A stretch of DNA of 64,000 nucleotides, taken from positions 1,426,001 to 1,490,000 of the forward strand of contig OZ251235.1 of assembly GCA_965240325.2 (NCBI GenBank). The letters run 5' to 3'. The stretch is from Rebecca billardiae RCC1528. Its lineage: Eukaryota; Protista; Haptophyta. The position numbers and the translations under genes are program-made. Of the stretch, positions 11,101 through 25,091 are shown piece after piece (within the stretch, counting starts at the first letter, position 1; every line of letters begins with the position of its first letter). The notes under the pieces are model-generated. The model was not told the origin of the DNA and did no database searches. It saw only the letters and a program-made list of their open reading frames with translations.

Positions 11101-14100
11101 AACACGATGCCGCGAGCGCCTGCGCCGCCGTGCGCGCGTCTCCGCCCGCACGCTGCGCCCAGCAAGCTCGTCCGAGCAGCGGCAGCCATTCCGTCGCCGC
11201 GCGGCGGCCATTCCGTCACCTCGCGGCGGCCATTCCGTCACCGGCCTGCAGCCACTGCTCGGCGCGCATCTCGGAGCGCGCGGCGAGGACGCCGGCGGAG
11301 ACACAGCCACGCTCGGCAAAGTCGAGCACCGATGCCGCGAGCGCCTGCGCCGCCGTGCGCGCGTCTCCGCCTGCACGCCGCGCCCAACAGCTCGTCCCAG
11401 CAGCGGCAGCCATTCCGTCGCCGCGCGGCGGCCATTCCGTCACCTCGCGGCGGCCATTCCGTCACCGGCCTGCAGCCACTGCTCGGCGCGCATCTCGGAG
11501 CGCGCGGCGAGGACGCCGGCGGAGACACAGCCACGCTCGGCAAAGTCGAGCACCGATGCCGCGAGCGCCTGCGCCGCCGTGCGCGCATCTCCGCCCGCAC
11601 GCCGCGCCCAGCAAGCTCGTCCCAGCAGCGGCAGCCATTCCGTCGCCGCGCGGCGGCCATTCCGTCGCCTCGCGGCGGCCATTCCGTCACCGGCCTGCAG
11701 CCACTGCTCGGCGCGCATCTCGGAGCGCGCGGCGAGGACGCCGGCGGAGACACAGCCACGCTCGGCAGCGTCGAGCGCCGATGCCGCGAGTGGCTGCGCC
11801 GCCGTGCGCGCGTCTCCGCCCGCACGCCGCGCCCAGCAAGCTCGTCCCAGCAGCGGCAGCCATTCCGTCGTGGCGCGGCGGCCATTCCGTCACCTCGCGG
11901 CGGCCATTCCGTCACCGGCCTGCAGCCACTGCTCGGCGCGCATCTCGGAGCGCGCGGCGAGGACGCCGGCGGAGACACAGCCACGCCCGACAGCGTCGAG
12001 CGCCGATGCCGCGAGCGGCTGCGCCGCCGTGCGCGCGTCTCCGCCCGGACGCCGCGCCCAGCAAGCTCGTCCCAGCAGCGGCAGCCATTCCGTCGCCGCG
12101 CGGCGGCCATTCCGTCACCTCGCGGCGGCCATTCCGTCACTGGCCTGCAGCCACTGCTCGGCGCGCATCTCGGAGCGCGCGGCGAGGACGCCGGCGGAGA
12201 CACAGCCACGCTCGTCAACGTCGAGCGCCGATGCCGCGAGCGGCTGCGCCGCCGTGCGCGCGTCTCCGCCCGCACGTTGCGCCCAGCAAGCTCGTCCCAG
12301 CAGCGGCAGCCATTCCGTCGCCGCGCGGCGGCCATTCCGTCACCTCGCGGCGGCCATTCCGTCACCGGCCTGCAGCCACTGCTCGGCGCGCATCTCGGAG
12401 CGCGCGGCGAGGACGCCGGCGGAGACACAGCCACGCTCGGCAAAGTCGAGCCCCGATGCCGCGAGCGGCTGCGCCGCCGTGCGCGCGTCTCCGCCTGCAC
12501 GCCGCGCCCAACAGCTCGTCCCAGCAGCGGCAGCCATTCCGTCGCCGCGCGGCGGCCATTCCGTCACCTCGCGGCGGCCATTCCGTCACCGGCCTGCAGC
12601 CACTGCTCGGCGCGCATCTCGGAGCGCGCGGCGAGGACGCCGGCGGAGACACAGCCACGCTCGGCAAAGTCGAGCACCGATGCCGCGAGCGCCTGCGCCG
12701 CCGTGCGCGCGTCTCCGCCCGCACGCCGCGCCCAGCAAGCTCGTCCCAGCAGCGGCAGCCATTCCGTCGCCGCGCGGCGGCCATTCCGTCACCTCGCGGC
12801 GGCCATTCCGTCACCGGCCTGCAGCCACTGCTCGGCGCGCATCTCGGAGCGCGCGGCGAGGACGCCGGCGGAGACACAGCCACGCTCGGCAACGTCGAGC
12901 GCCGATGCCGCGAGCGGCTGCGCCGCCGTGCGCGCGTCTCCGCCCGCACGCCGCGCCCAGCAAGCTCGTCCCAGCAGCGGCAGCCATTCCGTCGCCGCGC
13001 GGCGGCCATTCCGTCACCTCGCGGCGGCCATTCCGTCACCGGCCTGCAGCCACTGCTCGGCGCGCATCTCGGAGCGCGCGGCGAGGACGCCGGCGGAGAC
13101 ACAGCCACGCTCGGCAAAGTCGAGCACCGATGCCGCGAGCGGCTGCGCCGCCGTGCGCGCGTCTCCGCCTGCACGCCGCGCCCAACAGCTCGTCCCAGCA
13201 GCGGCAGCCATTCCGTCGCCGCGCGGCGGCCATTCCGTCACCTCGCGGCGGCCATTCCGTCACCGGCCTGCAGCCACTGCTCGGCGCGCATCTCGGAGCG
13301 CGCGGCGAGGACGCCGGCGGAGACACAGCCACGCTCGGCAAAGTCGAGCACCGATGCCGCGAGCGCCTGCGCCGCCGTGCGCGCATCTCCGCCCGCACGC
13401 CGCGCCCAGCAAGCTCGTCCCAGCAGCGGCAGCCATTCCGTCGCCGCGCGGCGGCCATTCCGTCACCTCGCGGCGGCCATTCCGTCACCGGCCTGCAGCC
13501 ACTGCTCGGCGCGCATCTCGGAGCGCGCGGCGAGGACGCCGGCGGAGACACAGCCACGCTCGGCAACGTCGAGCCCCGATGCCGCCAGCGGCTGCGCCGC
13601 CGTGCGCGCGTCTCCGCCCACACGCCGCGCCCAACAAGCTCGTCCCAGCAGCGGCAGCCATTCCGTCGCCGCGCGGCGGCCATTCCGTCACCTCGCGGCG
13701 GCCATTCCGTCACCGGCCTGCAGCCACTGCTCGGCGCGCATCTCGGAGCGCGCGGCGAGGACGCCGGCGGAGACACAGCCACGCTCGGCAAAGTCGAGCA
13801 CCGATGCCGCGAGCGCCTGCGCCGCCGTGCGCGCGTCTCCGCCTGCACGCCGCGCCCAACAGCTCGTCCCAGCAGCGGCAGCCATTCCGTCGCCGCGCGG
13901 CGGCCATTCCGTCACCTCGCGGCGGCCATTCCGTCACCGGCCTGCAGCCACTGCCCGGCGCGCATCTCGGAGCGCGCGGCGAGGACGCCGGCGGAGACAC
14001 AGCCACGCTCGGCAGCGTCGAGCGCCGATGCCGCGAGTGGCTGCGCCGCCGTGCGCGCGTCTCCGCCCGCACGCCGCGCCCAGCAAGCTCCTCCCAGCAG

Positions 14101-17100
14101 CGGCAGCCATTCCGTCGTGGCGCGGCGGCCATTCCGTCACCTCGCGGCGGCCATTCCGTCACCGGCCTGCAGCCACTGCTCGGCGCGCATCTCGGAGCGC
14201 GCGGCGAGGACGCCGGCGGAGACACAGCCACGCCCGACAGCGTCGAGCGCCGATGCCGCGAGCGGCTGCGCCGCCGTGCGCGCGTCTCCGCCCGCACGCC
14301 GCGCCCAGCAAGCTCGTCCCAGCAGCGGCAGCCATTCCGTCGCCGCGCGGCGGCCATTCCGTCACCTCGCGGCGGCCATTCCGTCACCGGCCTGCAGCCA
14401 CTGCTCGGCGCGCATCTCGGAGCGCGCGGCGAGGACGCCGGCGGAGACACAGCCACGCTCGTCAAAGTCGAGCGCCGATGCCGCGAGCGGCTGCGCCGCC
14501 GTGCGCGCGTCTCCGCCCGCACGTTGCGCCCAGCAAGCTCGTCCCAGCAGCGGCAGCCATTCCGTCGCCGCGCGGCGGCCATTCCGTCACCTCGCGGCGG
14601 CCATTCCGTCACCGGCCTGCAGCCACTGCTCGGCGCGCATCTCGGAGCGCGCGGCGAGGACGCCGGCGGAGACACAGCCACGCTCGGCAAAGTCGAGCAC
14701 CGATGCCGCGAGCGGCTGCGCCGCCGTGCGCGCGTCTCCGCCTGCACGCTGCGCCCAACAGCTCGTCCCAGCAGCGGCAGCCATTCCGTCGCCGCGCGGC
14801 GGCCATTCCGTCACCTCGCGGCGGCCATTCCGTCACCGGCCTGCAGCCACTGCTCGGCGCGCATCTCGGAGCGCGCGGCGAGAACGCCGGCGGAGACACA
14901 GCCACGCTTGGCAAGGTCGAGCCCCGATGCCGCCAGCGGCTGCGCCGCCGTGCGCGCGTCTCCGCCTGCACGCTGCGCCCAACAGCTCGTCCCAGCAGCG
15001 GCAGCCATTCCGTCGCCGCGCGGCGGCCATTCCGTCACCTCGCGGCGGCCATTCCGTCACCGGCCTGCAGCCACTGCTCGGCGCGCATCTCGGAGCGCGC
15101 GGCGAGAACGCCGGCGGAGACACAGCCACGCTTGGCAAGGTCGAGCCCCGATGCCGCCAGCGGCTGCGCCGCCGTGCGCGCGTCTCCGCCTGCACGCCGC
15201 GCCCAACAGCTCGTCCCAGCAGCGGCAGCCATTCCGTCGCCGCGCGGCGGCCATTCCGTCACCTCGCGGCGGCCATTCCGTCACCGGCCTGCAGCCACTG
15301 CTCGGCGCGCATCTCGGAGCGCGCGGCGAGGACGCCGGCGGAGACACAGCCACGCTCGGCAACGTCGAGCACCGATGCCGCCAGCGGCTGCGCCGCCGTG
15401 CGCGCGTTTCCGCCCGCACGCCGCGCCCAGCAAGCTCGTCCCAGCAGCGGCAGCCATTCCGTCGCCGCGCGGCGGCCATTCCGTCACCTCGCGGCGGCCA
15501 TTCCGTCACCGGCCTGCAGCCACTGCTCGGCGCGCATCTCGGAGCGCGCGGCGAGGACGCCGGCGGAGACACAGCCACGCTCGGCAAAGTCAAGCACCGA
15601 TGCCGCGAGCGCCTGCGCCGCCGTGCGCGCGTCTCCGCCCGCACGCCGCGCCCAGCAAGCTCGTCCCAGCAGCGGCAGCCATTCCGTCGCCGCGCGGCGG
15701 CCATTCCGTCACCTCGCGGCGGCCATTCCGTCACCGGCCTGCAGCCACTGCTCGGCGCGCATCTCGGAGCGCGCGGCGAGGACGCCGGCGGAGACACAGC
15801 CACGCTTGGCAAGGTCGAGCACCGATGCCGCCAGCGGCTGCGCCGCCGTGCGCGCGTCTCCGCCTGCACGCCGCGCCCAACAGCTCGTCCCAGCAGCGGC
15901 AGCCATTCCGTCGCCGCGCGGCGGCCATTCCGTCACCTCGCGGCGGCCATTCCGTCACCGGCCTGCAGCCACTGCTCGGCGCGCATCTCGGAGCGCGCGG
16001 CGAGGACGCCGGCGGAGACACAGCCACGCTCGGCAAGGTCGAGCCCCGATGCCGCCAGCGGCTGCGCCGCCGTGCGCGCGTCTCCGCCTGCACGCCGCGC
16101 CCAACAGCTCGTCCCAGCAGCGGCAGCCATTCCGTCGCCGCGCGGCGGCCATTCCGTCACCTCGCGGCGGCCATTCCGTCACCGGCCTGCAGCCACTGCT
16201 CGGCGCGCATCTCGGAGCGCGCGGCGAGGACGCCGGCGGAGACACAGCCACGCTCGACAGCGTCGAGCGCCGATGCCGCGAGCGGCTGCGCCGCCGTGCG
16301 CGCGTCTCCGCCCGCACGCCGCGCCCAGCAAGCTCGTCCCAGCAGCGGCAGCCATTCCGTCGCCGCGCGGCGGCCATTCCGTCACCTCGCGGCGGCCATT
16401 CCGTCACCGGCCTGCAGCCACTGCTCGGCGCGCATCTCGGAGCGCGCGGCGAGGACGCCGGCGGAGACACAGCCACGCTCGTCAAAGTCAAGCGCCGATG
16501 CCGCGAGCGGCTGCGCCGCCGTGCGCGCGTCTCCGCCCGCACGTTGCGCCCAGCAAGCTCGTCCCAGCAGCGGCAGCCATTCCGTCGCCGCGCGGCGGCC
16601 ATTCCGTCACCTCGCGGCGGCCATTCCGTCACCGGCCTGCAGCCACTGCTCGGCGCGCATCTCGGAGCGCGCGGCGAGGACGCCGGCGGAGACACAGCCA
16701 CGCTTGGCAAGGTCGAGCCCCGATGCCGCCAGCGGCTGCGCCGCCGTGCGCGCGTCTCCGCCTGCACGCCGCGCCCAACAGCTCGTCCCAGCAGCGGCAG
16801 CCATTCCGTCGCCGCGCGGCGGCCATTCCGTCACCTCGCGGCGGCCATTCCGTCACCGGCCTGCAGCCACTGCTCGGCGCGCATCTCGGAGCGCGCGGCG
16901 AGGACGCCGGCGGAGACACAGCCACGCTCGGCAAAGTCGAGCGCCGATGCCGCGAGCGGCTGCGCCGCCGTGCGCGCGTCTCCGCCCGCACGCCGCGCCC
17001 AACAGCTCGTCACAGCAGCGGCAGCCATTCCGTCGCCGCGCGGCGGCCATTCCGTCACCTCGCGGCGGCCATTCATTCCGTCACCGGCCTGCAGCCACTG

Positions 17101-20100
17101 CTCGGCGCGCATCTCGGAGCGCGCGGCGAGGACGCCGGCGGAGACACAGCCACGCTCGGCAACGTCGAGCACCGATGCCGCCAGCGGCTGCGCCGCCGTG
17201 CGCGCGTCTCCGCCCGCACGCCGCGCCCAGCAAGCTCGTCCCAGCAGCGGCAGCCATTCCGTCGCCGCGCGGCGGCCATTCCGTCACCTCGCGGCGGCCA
17301 TTCCGTCACCGGCCTGCAGCCACTGCTCGGCGCGCATCTCGGAGCGCGCGGCGAGGACGCCGGCGGAGACACAGCCTCGCTCGGCAAAGTCGAGCGCCGA
17401 TGCCGCGAGCGCCTGCGCCGCCGTGCGCGCGTCTCCGCCCGCACGTTGCGCCCAGCAAGCTCGTCCGAGCAGCGGCAGCCATTCCGTCGCCGCGCGGCGG
17501 CCATTCCGTCACCTCGCGGCGGCCATTCCGTCACCGGCCTGCAGCCACTGCTCGGCGCGCATCTCGGAGCGCGCGGCGAGGACGCCGGCGGAGACAGAGC
17601 CATGCTCGGCTAAGTCAAGCGCCGATGCCGCGAGCGGCTGCGCCGCCGTGCGCGCGTCTCCGCCCGCACGCCGCGCCCAGCAAGCTCGTCCCAGCAGCGG
17701 CAGCCATTCCGTCGCCGCGCGGCGGCCATTCCGTCACCTCGCGGCGGCCATTCCGTCACCGGCCTGCAGCCACTGCTCGGCGCGCATCTCGGAGCGCGCG
17801 GCGAGGACGCCGGCGGAGACACAGCCACGCTCGGCAAAGTCAAGCGCCGATGCCGCGAGCGGCTGCGCCGCCGTGCGCGCGTCTCCGCCCGCACGCCGCG
17901 CCCAGCAAGCTCGTCCCAGCAGCGGCAGTCATTCCGTCGCCGCGCGGCGGCCATTCCGTCACCTCGCGGCGGCCATTCCGTCACCGGCCTGCAGCCACTG
18001 CTCGGCGCGCATCTCGGAGCGCGCGGCGAGGACGCCGGCGGAGACACGGCCACGCTCGGCAAAGTCAAGCACCGATGCCGCGAGCGCCTGCGCCGCCGTG
18101 CGCGCGTCTCCGCCCGCACGCCGCGCCCAGCAAGCTCGTCCCAGCAGCGGCAGCCATTCCGTCGCCCCGCGGCGGCCATTCCGTCACCTCGCGGCGGCCA
18201 TTCCGTCACCGGCCTGCAGCCACTGCTCGGCGCGCATCTCGGAGCGCGCGGCGAGGACGCCGGCGGAGACACAGCCTCGCTCGGCAAAGTCAAGCGCCGA
18301 TGCCGCGAGCGGCTGCGCCGCCGTGCGCGCGTCTCCGCCCGCACGCTGCGCCCAGCAAGCTCGTCCGAGCAGCGGCAGCCATTCCGTCGCCGCGCGGCGG
18401 CCATTCCGTCACCTCGCGGCGGCCATTCCGTCACCGGCCTGCAGCCACTGCTCGGCGCGCATCTCGGAGCGCGCGGCGAGGACGCCGGCGGAGACACAGC
18501 CTCGCTCGGCAAAGTCAAGCGCCGATGCCGCGAGCGCCTGCGCCGCCGTGCGCGCGTCTCCGCCCGCACGTTGCGCCCAGCAAGCTCGTCCGAGCAGCGG
18601 CAGCCATTCCGTCGCCGCGCGGCGGCCATTCCGTCACCTCGCGGCGGCCATTCCGTCACCGGCCTGCAGCCACTGCTCGGCGCGCATCTCGGAGCGCGCG
18701 GCGAGGACGCCGGCGGAGACACAGCCTCGCTCGGCAAAGTCGAGCGCCGATGCCGCGAGCGGCTGCGCCGCCGTGCGCGCGTCTCCGCCCGCACGCTGCG
18801 CCCAGCAAGCTCGTCCGAGCAGCGGCAGCCATTCCGTCGCCGCGCGGCGGCCATTCCGTCACCTCGCGGCGGCCATTCCGTCACCGGCCTGCAGCCACTG
18901 CTCGGCGCGCATCTCGGAGCGCGCGGCGAGGACGCCGGCGGAGACACAGCCTCGCTCGGCAAAGTCAAGCGCCGATGCCGCGAGCGCCTGCGCCGCCGTG
19001 CGCGCGTCTCCGCCCGCACGTTGCGCCCAGCAAGCTCGTCCGAGCAGCGGCAGCCATTCCGTCGCCGCGCGGCGGCCATTCCGTCACCTCGCGGCGGCCA
19101 TTCCGTCACCGGCCTGCAGCCACTGCTCGGCGCGCATCTCGGAGCGCGCGGCGAGGACGCCGGCGGAGACACAGCCACGCTTGGCAAGGTCGAGCCCCGA
19201 TGCCGCCAGCGGCTGCGCCGCCGTGCGCGCGTCTCCGCCCGCACGCCGCGCCCAGCAAGCTCGTCCCAGCAGCGGCAGCCATTCCGTCGCCGCGCGGCGG
19301 CCATTCCGTCACCTCGCGGCGGCCATTCCGTCACCGGCCTGCAGCCACTGCTCGGCGCGCATCTCGGAGCGCGCGGCGAGGACGCCGGCGGAGACACGGC
19401 CACGCTCGGCAAAGTCGAGCGCCGATGCCACCAGAGGCTGCGCCGCCGTGCGCGCGTCTCCGCCCGCACGCCGCGCCCAGCAAGCTCGTCCCAGCAGCGA
19501 CAGCCATTCCGTCGCCGCGCGGCGGCCATTCCGTCACCGGCCTGCAGCCACTGCTCGGCGCGCATCTCGGAGCGCGCGGCGAGGACGCCGGCGGAGACAC
19601 AGCCTCGCTCGGCAAAGTCAAGCGCCGATGCCGCGAGCGGCTGCGCCGCCGTGCGCGCGTCTCCGCCCGCACGCTGCGCCCAGCAAGCTCGTCCGAGCAG
19701 CGGCAGCCATTCCGTCGCCGCGCGGCGGCCATTCCGTCACCTCGCGGCGGCCATTCCGTCACCGGCCTGCAGCCACTGCTCGGCGCGCATCTCGGAGCGC
19801 GCGGCGAGGACGCCGGCGGAGACACAGCCTCGCTCGGCAAAGTCAAGCGCCGATGCCGCGAGCGCCTGCGCCGCCGTGCGCGCGTCTCCGCCCGCACGTT
19901 GCGCCCAGCAAGCTCGTCCGAGCAGCGGCAGCCATTCCGTCGCCGCGCGGCGGCCATTCCGTCACCTCGCGGCGGCCATTCCGTCACCGGCCTGCAGCCA
20001 CTGCTCGGCGCGCATCTCGGAGCGCGCGGCGAGGACGCCGGCGGAGACACAGCCACGCTCGGCAAAGTCAAGCGCCGATGCCGCGAGCGGCTGCGCCGCC

Positions 20101-23100
20101 GTGCGCGCGTCTCCGCCCGCACGTTGCGCCCAGCAAGCTCGTCCCAGCAGCGGCAGCCATTCCGTCGCCGCGCGGCGGCCATTCCGTCACCTCGCGGCGG
20201 CCATTCCGTCACCGGCCTGCAGCCACTGCTCGGCGCGCATCTCGGAGCGCGCGGCGAGGACGCCGGCGGAGACACAGCCTCGCTCGGCAAAGTCAAGCGC
20301 CGATGCCGCGAGCGCCTGCGCCGCCGTGCGCGCGTCTCCGCCCGCACGTTGCGCCCAGCAAGCTCGTCCGAGCAGCGGCAGCCATTCCGTCGCCGCGCGG
20401 CGGCCATTCCGTCACCTCGCGGCGGCCATTCCGTCACCGGCCTGCAGCCACTGCTCGGCGCGCATCTCGGAGCGCGCGGCGAGGACGCCGGCGGAGACAC
20501 AGCCACGCTTGGCAAGGTCGAGCCCCGATGCCGCCAGCGGCTGCGCCGCCGTGCGCGCGTCTCCGCCCGCACGCCGCGCCCAGCAAGCTCGTCCCAGCAG
20601 CGGCAGTCATTCCGTCGCCGCGCGGCGGCCATTCCGTCACCTCGCGGCGGCCATTCCGTCACCGGCCTGCAGCCACTGCTCGGCGCGCATCTCGGAGCGC
20701 GCGGCGAGGACGCCGGCGGAGACACGGCCACGCTCGGCAAAGTCGAGCGCCGATGCCACCAGAGGCTGCGCCGCCGTGCGCGCGTCTCCGCCCGCACGCC
20801 GCGCCCAGCAAGCTCGTCCCAGCAGCGACAGCCATTCCGTCGCCGCGCGGCGGCCATTCCGTCACCGGCCTGCAGCCACTGCTCGGCGCGCATCTCGGAG
20901 CGCGCGGCGAGGACGCCGGCGGAGACACAGCCTCGCTCGGCAAAGTCAAGCGCCGATGCCGCGAGCGGCTGCGCCGCCGTGCGCGCGTCTCCGCCCGCAC
21001 GCTGCGCCCAGCAAGCTCGTCCGAGCAGCGGCAGCCATTCCGTCGCCGCGCGGCGGCCATTCCGTCACCTCGCGGCGGCCATTCCGTCACCGGCCTGCAG
21101 CCACTGCTCGGCGCGCATCTCGGAGCGCGCGGCGAGGACGCCGGCGGAGACACAGCCTCGCTCGGCAAAGTCAAGCGCCGATGCCGCGAGCGCCTGCGCC
21201 GCCGTGCGCGCGTCTCCGCCCGCACGTTGCGCCCAGCAAGCTCGTCCGAGCAGCGGCAGCCATTCCGTCGCCGCGCGGCGGCCATTCCGTCACCTCGCGG
21301 CGGCCATTCCGTCACCGGCCTGCAGCCACTGCTCGGCGCGCATCTCGGAGCGCGCGGCGAGGACGCCGGCGGAGACACAGCCACGCTCGGCAAAGTCAAG
21401 CGCCGATGCCGCGAGCGGCTGCGCCGCCGTGCGCGCGTCTCCGCCCGCACGTTGCGCCCAGCAAGCTCGTCCCAGCAGCGGCAGCCATTCCGTCGCCGCG
21501 CGGCGGCCATTCCGTCACCTCGCGGCAGCCATTCCGTCACCGGCCTGCAGCCACTGCTCGGCGCGCATCTCGGAGCGCGCGGCGAGGACGCCGGCGGAGA
21601 CACAGCCACGCTCGGCAACGTCGAGCACCGATGCCGCGAGCGGCTGCGCCGCCGTGCGCGCGTCTCCGCCCGCACGCCGCGCCCAGCAAGCTCGTCCCAG
21701 CAGCGGCAGCCATTCCGTCGCCGCGCGGCGGCCATTCCGTCACCTCGCGGCGGCCATTCCGTCACCGGCCTGCAGCCACTGCTCGGCGCGCATCTCGGAG
21801 CGCGCGGCGAGGACGCCGGCGGAGACACAGCCACGCTCGGCAAAGTCGAGCGCCGATGCCGCGAGCGGCTGCGCCGCCGTGCGCGCGTCTCCGCCCGCAC
21901 GCCGCGCCCAGCAAGCTCGTCCGAGCAGCGGCAGCCATTCCGTCGCCGCGCGGCGGCCATTCCGTCACCTCGCGGCGGCCATTCCGTCACCGGCCTGCAG
22001 CCACTGCTCGGCGCGCATCTCGGAGCGCGCGGCGAGGACGCCGGCGGAGACACAGCCACGCTCGGCAAAGTCGAGCACCGATACCGCGAGCGGCTGCGCC
22101 GCCGTGCGCGCGTCTCCGCCTGCACGCCGCGCCCAACAGCTCGTCCCAGCAGCGGCAGCCATTCCGTCGCCGCGCGGCGGCCATTCCATCACCTCGCGGC
22201 GGCCATTCCGTCACCGGCCTGCAGCCACTGCTCGGCGCGCATCTCGGAGCGCGCGGCGAGGACGCCGGCGGAGACACAGCCACGCTCGGCAGCGTCGAGC
22301 GCCGATACCGCGAGCGGCTGCGCCGCCGTGCGCGCGTCTCCGCCCGCACGCTGCGCCCAGCAAGCTCGTCCGAGCAGCGGCAGCCATTCCGTCGCCGCGC
22401 GGCGGCCATTCCGTCACCTCGCGGCGGCCATTCCGTCACCGGCCTGCAGCCACTGCTCGGCGCGCATCTCGGAGCGCGCGGCGAGGACGCCGGCGGAGAC
22501 ACAGCCACGCTCGGCAAAGTCAAGCGCCGATGCCGCGAGCGCCTGCGCCGCCGTGCGCGCGTCTCCGCCCGCACGTTGCGCCCAGCAAGCTCGTCCGAGC
22601 AGCGGCAGCCATTCCGTCGCCGCGCGGCGGCCATTCCGTCACCTCGCGGCGGCCATTCCGTCACCGGCCTGCAGCCACTGCTCGGCGCGCATCTCGGAGC
22701 GCGCGGCGAGGACGCCGGCGGAGACACAGCCACGCTCGGCAAAGTCAAGCGCCGATGCCGCGAGCGCCTGCGCCGCCGTGCGCGCGTCTCCGCCCGCACG
22801 TTGCGCCCAGCAAGCTCGTCCGAGCAGCGGCAGCCATTCCGTCGCCGCGCGGCGGCCATTCCGTCACCTCGCGGCGGCCATTCCGTCACCGGCCTGCAGC
22901 CACTGCTCGGCGCGCATCTCGGAGCGCGCGGCGAGGACGCCGGCGGAGACACAGCCACGCTCGGCAGCGTCGGGCCCCGATGCCGCGAGCGGCTGCGCCG
23001 CCGTGCGCGCGTCTCCGCCTGCACGCCGCGCCCAGCAAGCTCGTCCCAGCAGCGGCAGCCATTCCGTCGCCGCGCGGCGGCCATTCCGTCACCTCGCGGC

Positions 23101-25091
23101 GGCCATTCCGTCACCGGCCTGCAGCCACTGCTCGGCGCGCATCTCGGAGCGCGCGGCGAGGACGCCGGCGGAGACACAGCCACGCTCGGCAAAGTCAAGC
23201 GCCGATGCCGCGAGCGCCTGCGCCGCCGTGCGCGCGTCTCCGCCCGCACGTTGCGCCCAGCAAGCTCGTCCGAGCAGCGGCAGCCATTCCGTCGCCGCGC
23301 GGCGGCCATTCCGTCACCTCGCGGCGGCCATTCCGTCACCGGCCTGCAGCCACTGCTCGGCGCGCATCTCGGAGCGCGCGGCGAGGACGCCGGCGGAGAC
23401 GCAGCCACGCTCGGCAAAGTCAAGCGCCGATGCCGCGAGCGCCTGCGCCGCCGTGCGCGCGTCTCCGCCCGCACGTTGCGCCCAGCAAGCTCGTCCGAGC
23501 AGCGGCAGCCATTCCGTCGCCGCGCGGCGGCCATTCCGTCACCTCGCGGCGGCCATTCCGTCACCGGCCTGCAGCCACTGCTCGGCGCGCATCTCGGAGC
23601 GCGCGGCGAGGACGCCGGCGGAGACACAGCCACGCTCGGCAAAGTCGAGCCCCGATGCCGCGAGCGGCTGCGCCGCCGTGCGCGCGTCTCCGCCTGCACG
23701 CCGCGCCCAGCAAGCTCGTCCCAGCAGCGGCAGCCATTCCGTCGCCGCGCGGCGGCCATTCCGTCACCTCGCGGCGGCCATTCCGTCACCGGCCTGCAGC
23801 CACTGCTCGGCGCGCATCTCGGAGCGCGCGGCGAGGACGCCGGCGGAGACGCAGCCACGCTCGGCAAAGTCAAGCGCCGATGCCGCGAGCGCCTGCGCCG
23901 CCGTGCGCGCGTCTCCGCCCGCACGTTGCGCCCAGCAAGCTCGTCCGAGCAGCGGCAGCCATTCCGTCGCCGCGCGGCGGCCATTCCGTCACCTCGCGGC
24001 GGCCATTCCGTCACCGGCCTGCAGCCACTGCTCGGCGCGCATCTCGGAGCGCGCGGCGAGGACGCCGGCGGAGACACAGCCACGCTCGGCAAAGTCGAGC
24101 CCCGATGCCGCGAGCGGCTGCGCCGCCGTGCGCGCGTCTCCGCCTGCACGCCGCGCCCAGCAAGCTCGTCCCAGCAGCGGCAGCCATTCCGTCGCCGCGC
24201 GGCGGCCATTCCGTCACCTCGCGGCGGCCATTCCGTCACCGGCCTGCAGCCACTGCTCGGCGCGCATCTCGGAGCGCGCGGCGAGGACGCCGGCGGAGAC
24301 ACAGCCACGCTCGGCAAAGTCGAGCACCGATGCCGCGAGCGCCTGCGCCGCCGTGCGCGCGTCTCCGCCCGCACGTTGCGCCCAGCAAGCTCGTCCCAGC
24401 AGCGGCAGCCATTCCGTCACCTCGCGGCGGCCATTCCGTCACCGGCCTGCTGCAGCCACTGCTCGGCGCGCATCTCGGAGCGCGCGGCGAGGACGCCGGC
24501 GGAGACACAGCCACGCTCGGCAAAGTCGAGCACCGATGCCGCGAGCGCCTGCGCCGCCGTGCGCGCGTCTCCGCCCGCACGTTGCGCCCAGCAAGCTCGT
24601 CCCAGCAGCGGCAGCCATTCCGTCACCTCGCGGCGGCCATTCCGTCACCGGCCTGCTGCAGCCACTGCTCGGCGCGCATCTCGGAGCGCGCGGCGAGGAC
24701 GCCGGCGGAGACACAGCCACGCTCGGCAGCGTCGAGCCCCGATGCCGCGAGCGGCTGCGCCGCCGTGCGCGCGTCTCCGCCCGCACGCCGCGCCCAGCAA
24801 GCTCGTCCCAGCAGCGGCAGCCATTCCGTCGCCGCGCGGCGGCCATTCCGTCACCTCGCGGCGGCCATTCCGTCACCGGCCTGCAGCCACTGCTCGGCGC
24901 GCATCTCGGAGCGCGCGGCGAGGACGCCGGCGGAGACACAGCCACGCTCGGCAAAGTCGAGCACCGATGCCGCGAGCGGCTGCGCCGCCGTGCGCGCGTC
25001 TCCGCCCGCACGCCGCGCCCAGCAAGCTCGTCCCAGCAGCGGCAGCCATTCGCCCATTCGTCGCCGCGCGGCGGCCATTCCGTCACCGGCC
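2172..25091. repeat. Tandem satellite array, ~102 monomers of 224/225 bp (a few 203-206 bp), each with three ~22-bp CCATTCCGTC subrepeats
   Basis: Directly visible periodicity. The unit runs GCAGCCATTCCGTCGCCGCGCGGCGGCCATTCCGTCACCTCGCGGCGGCCATTCCGTCACCGGCCTGCAGCCACTGCTCGGCGCGCATCTCGG...; monomers differ at only a few positions. Confidence 0.99.

Noticed and set aside
2172-25091. CRISPR-like or guide array
   Set aside because: There are no unique spacers (variation is a few recurrent SNPs), no cas genes, and the context is eukaryotic.
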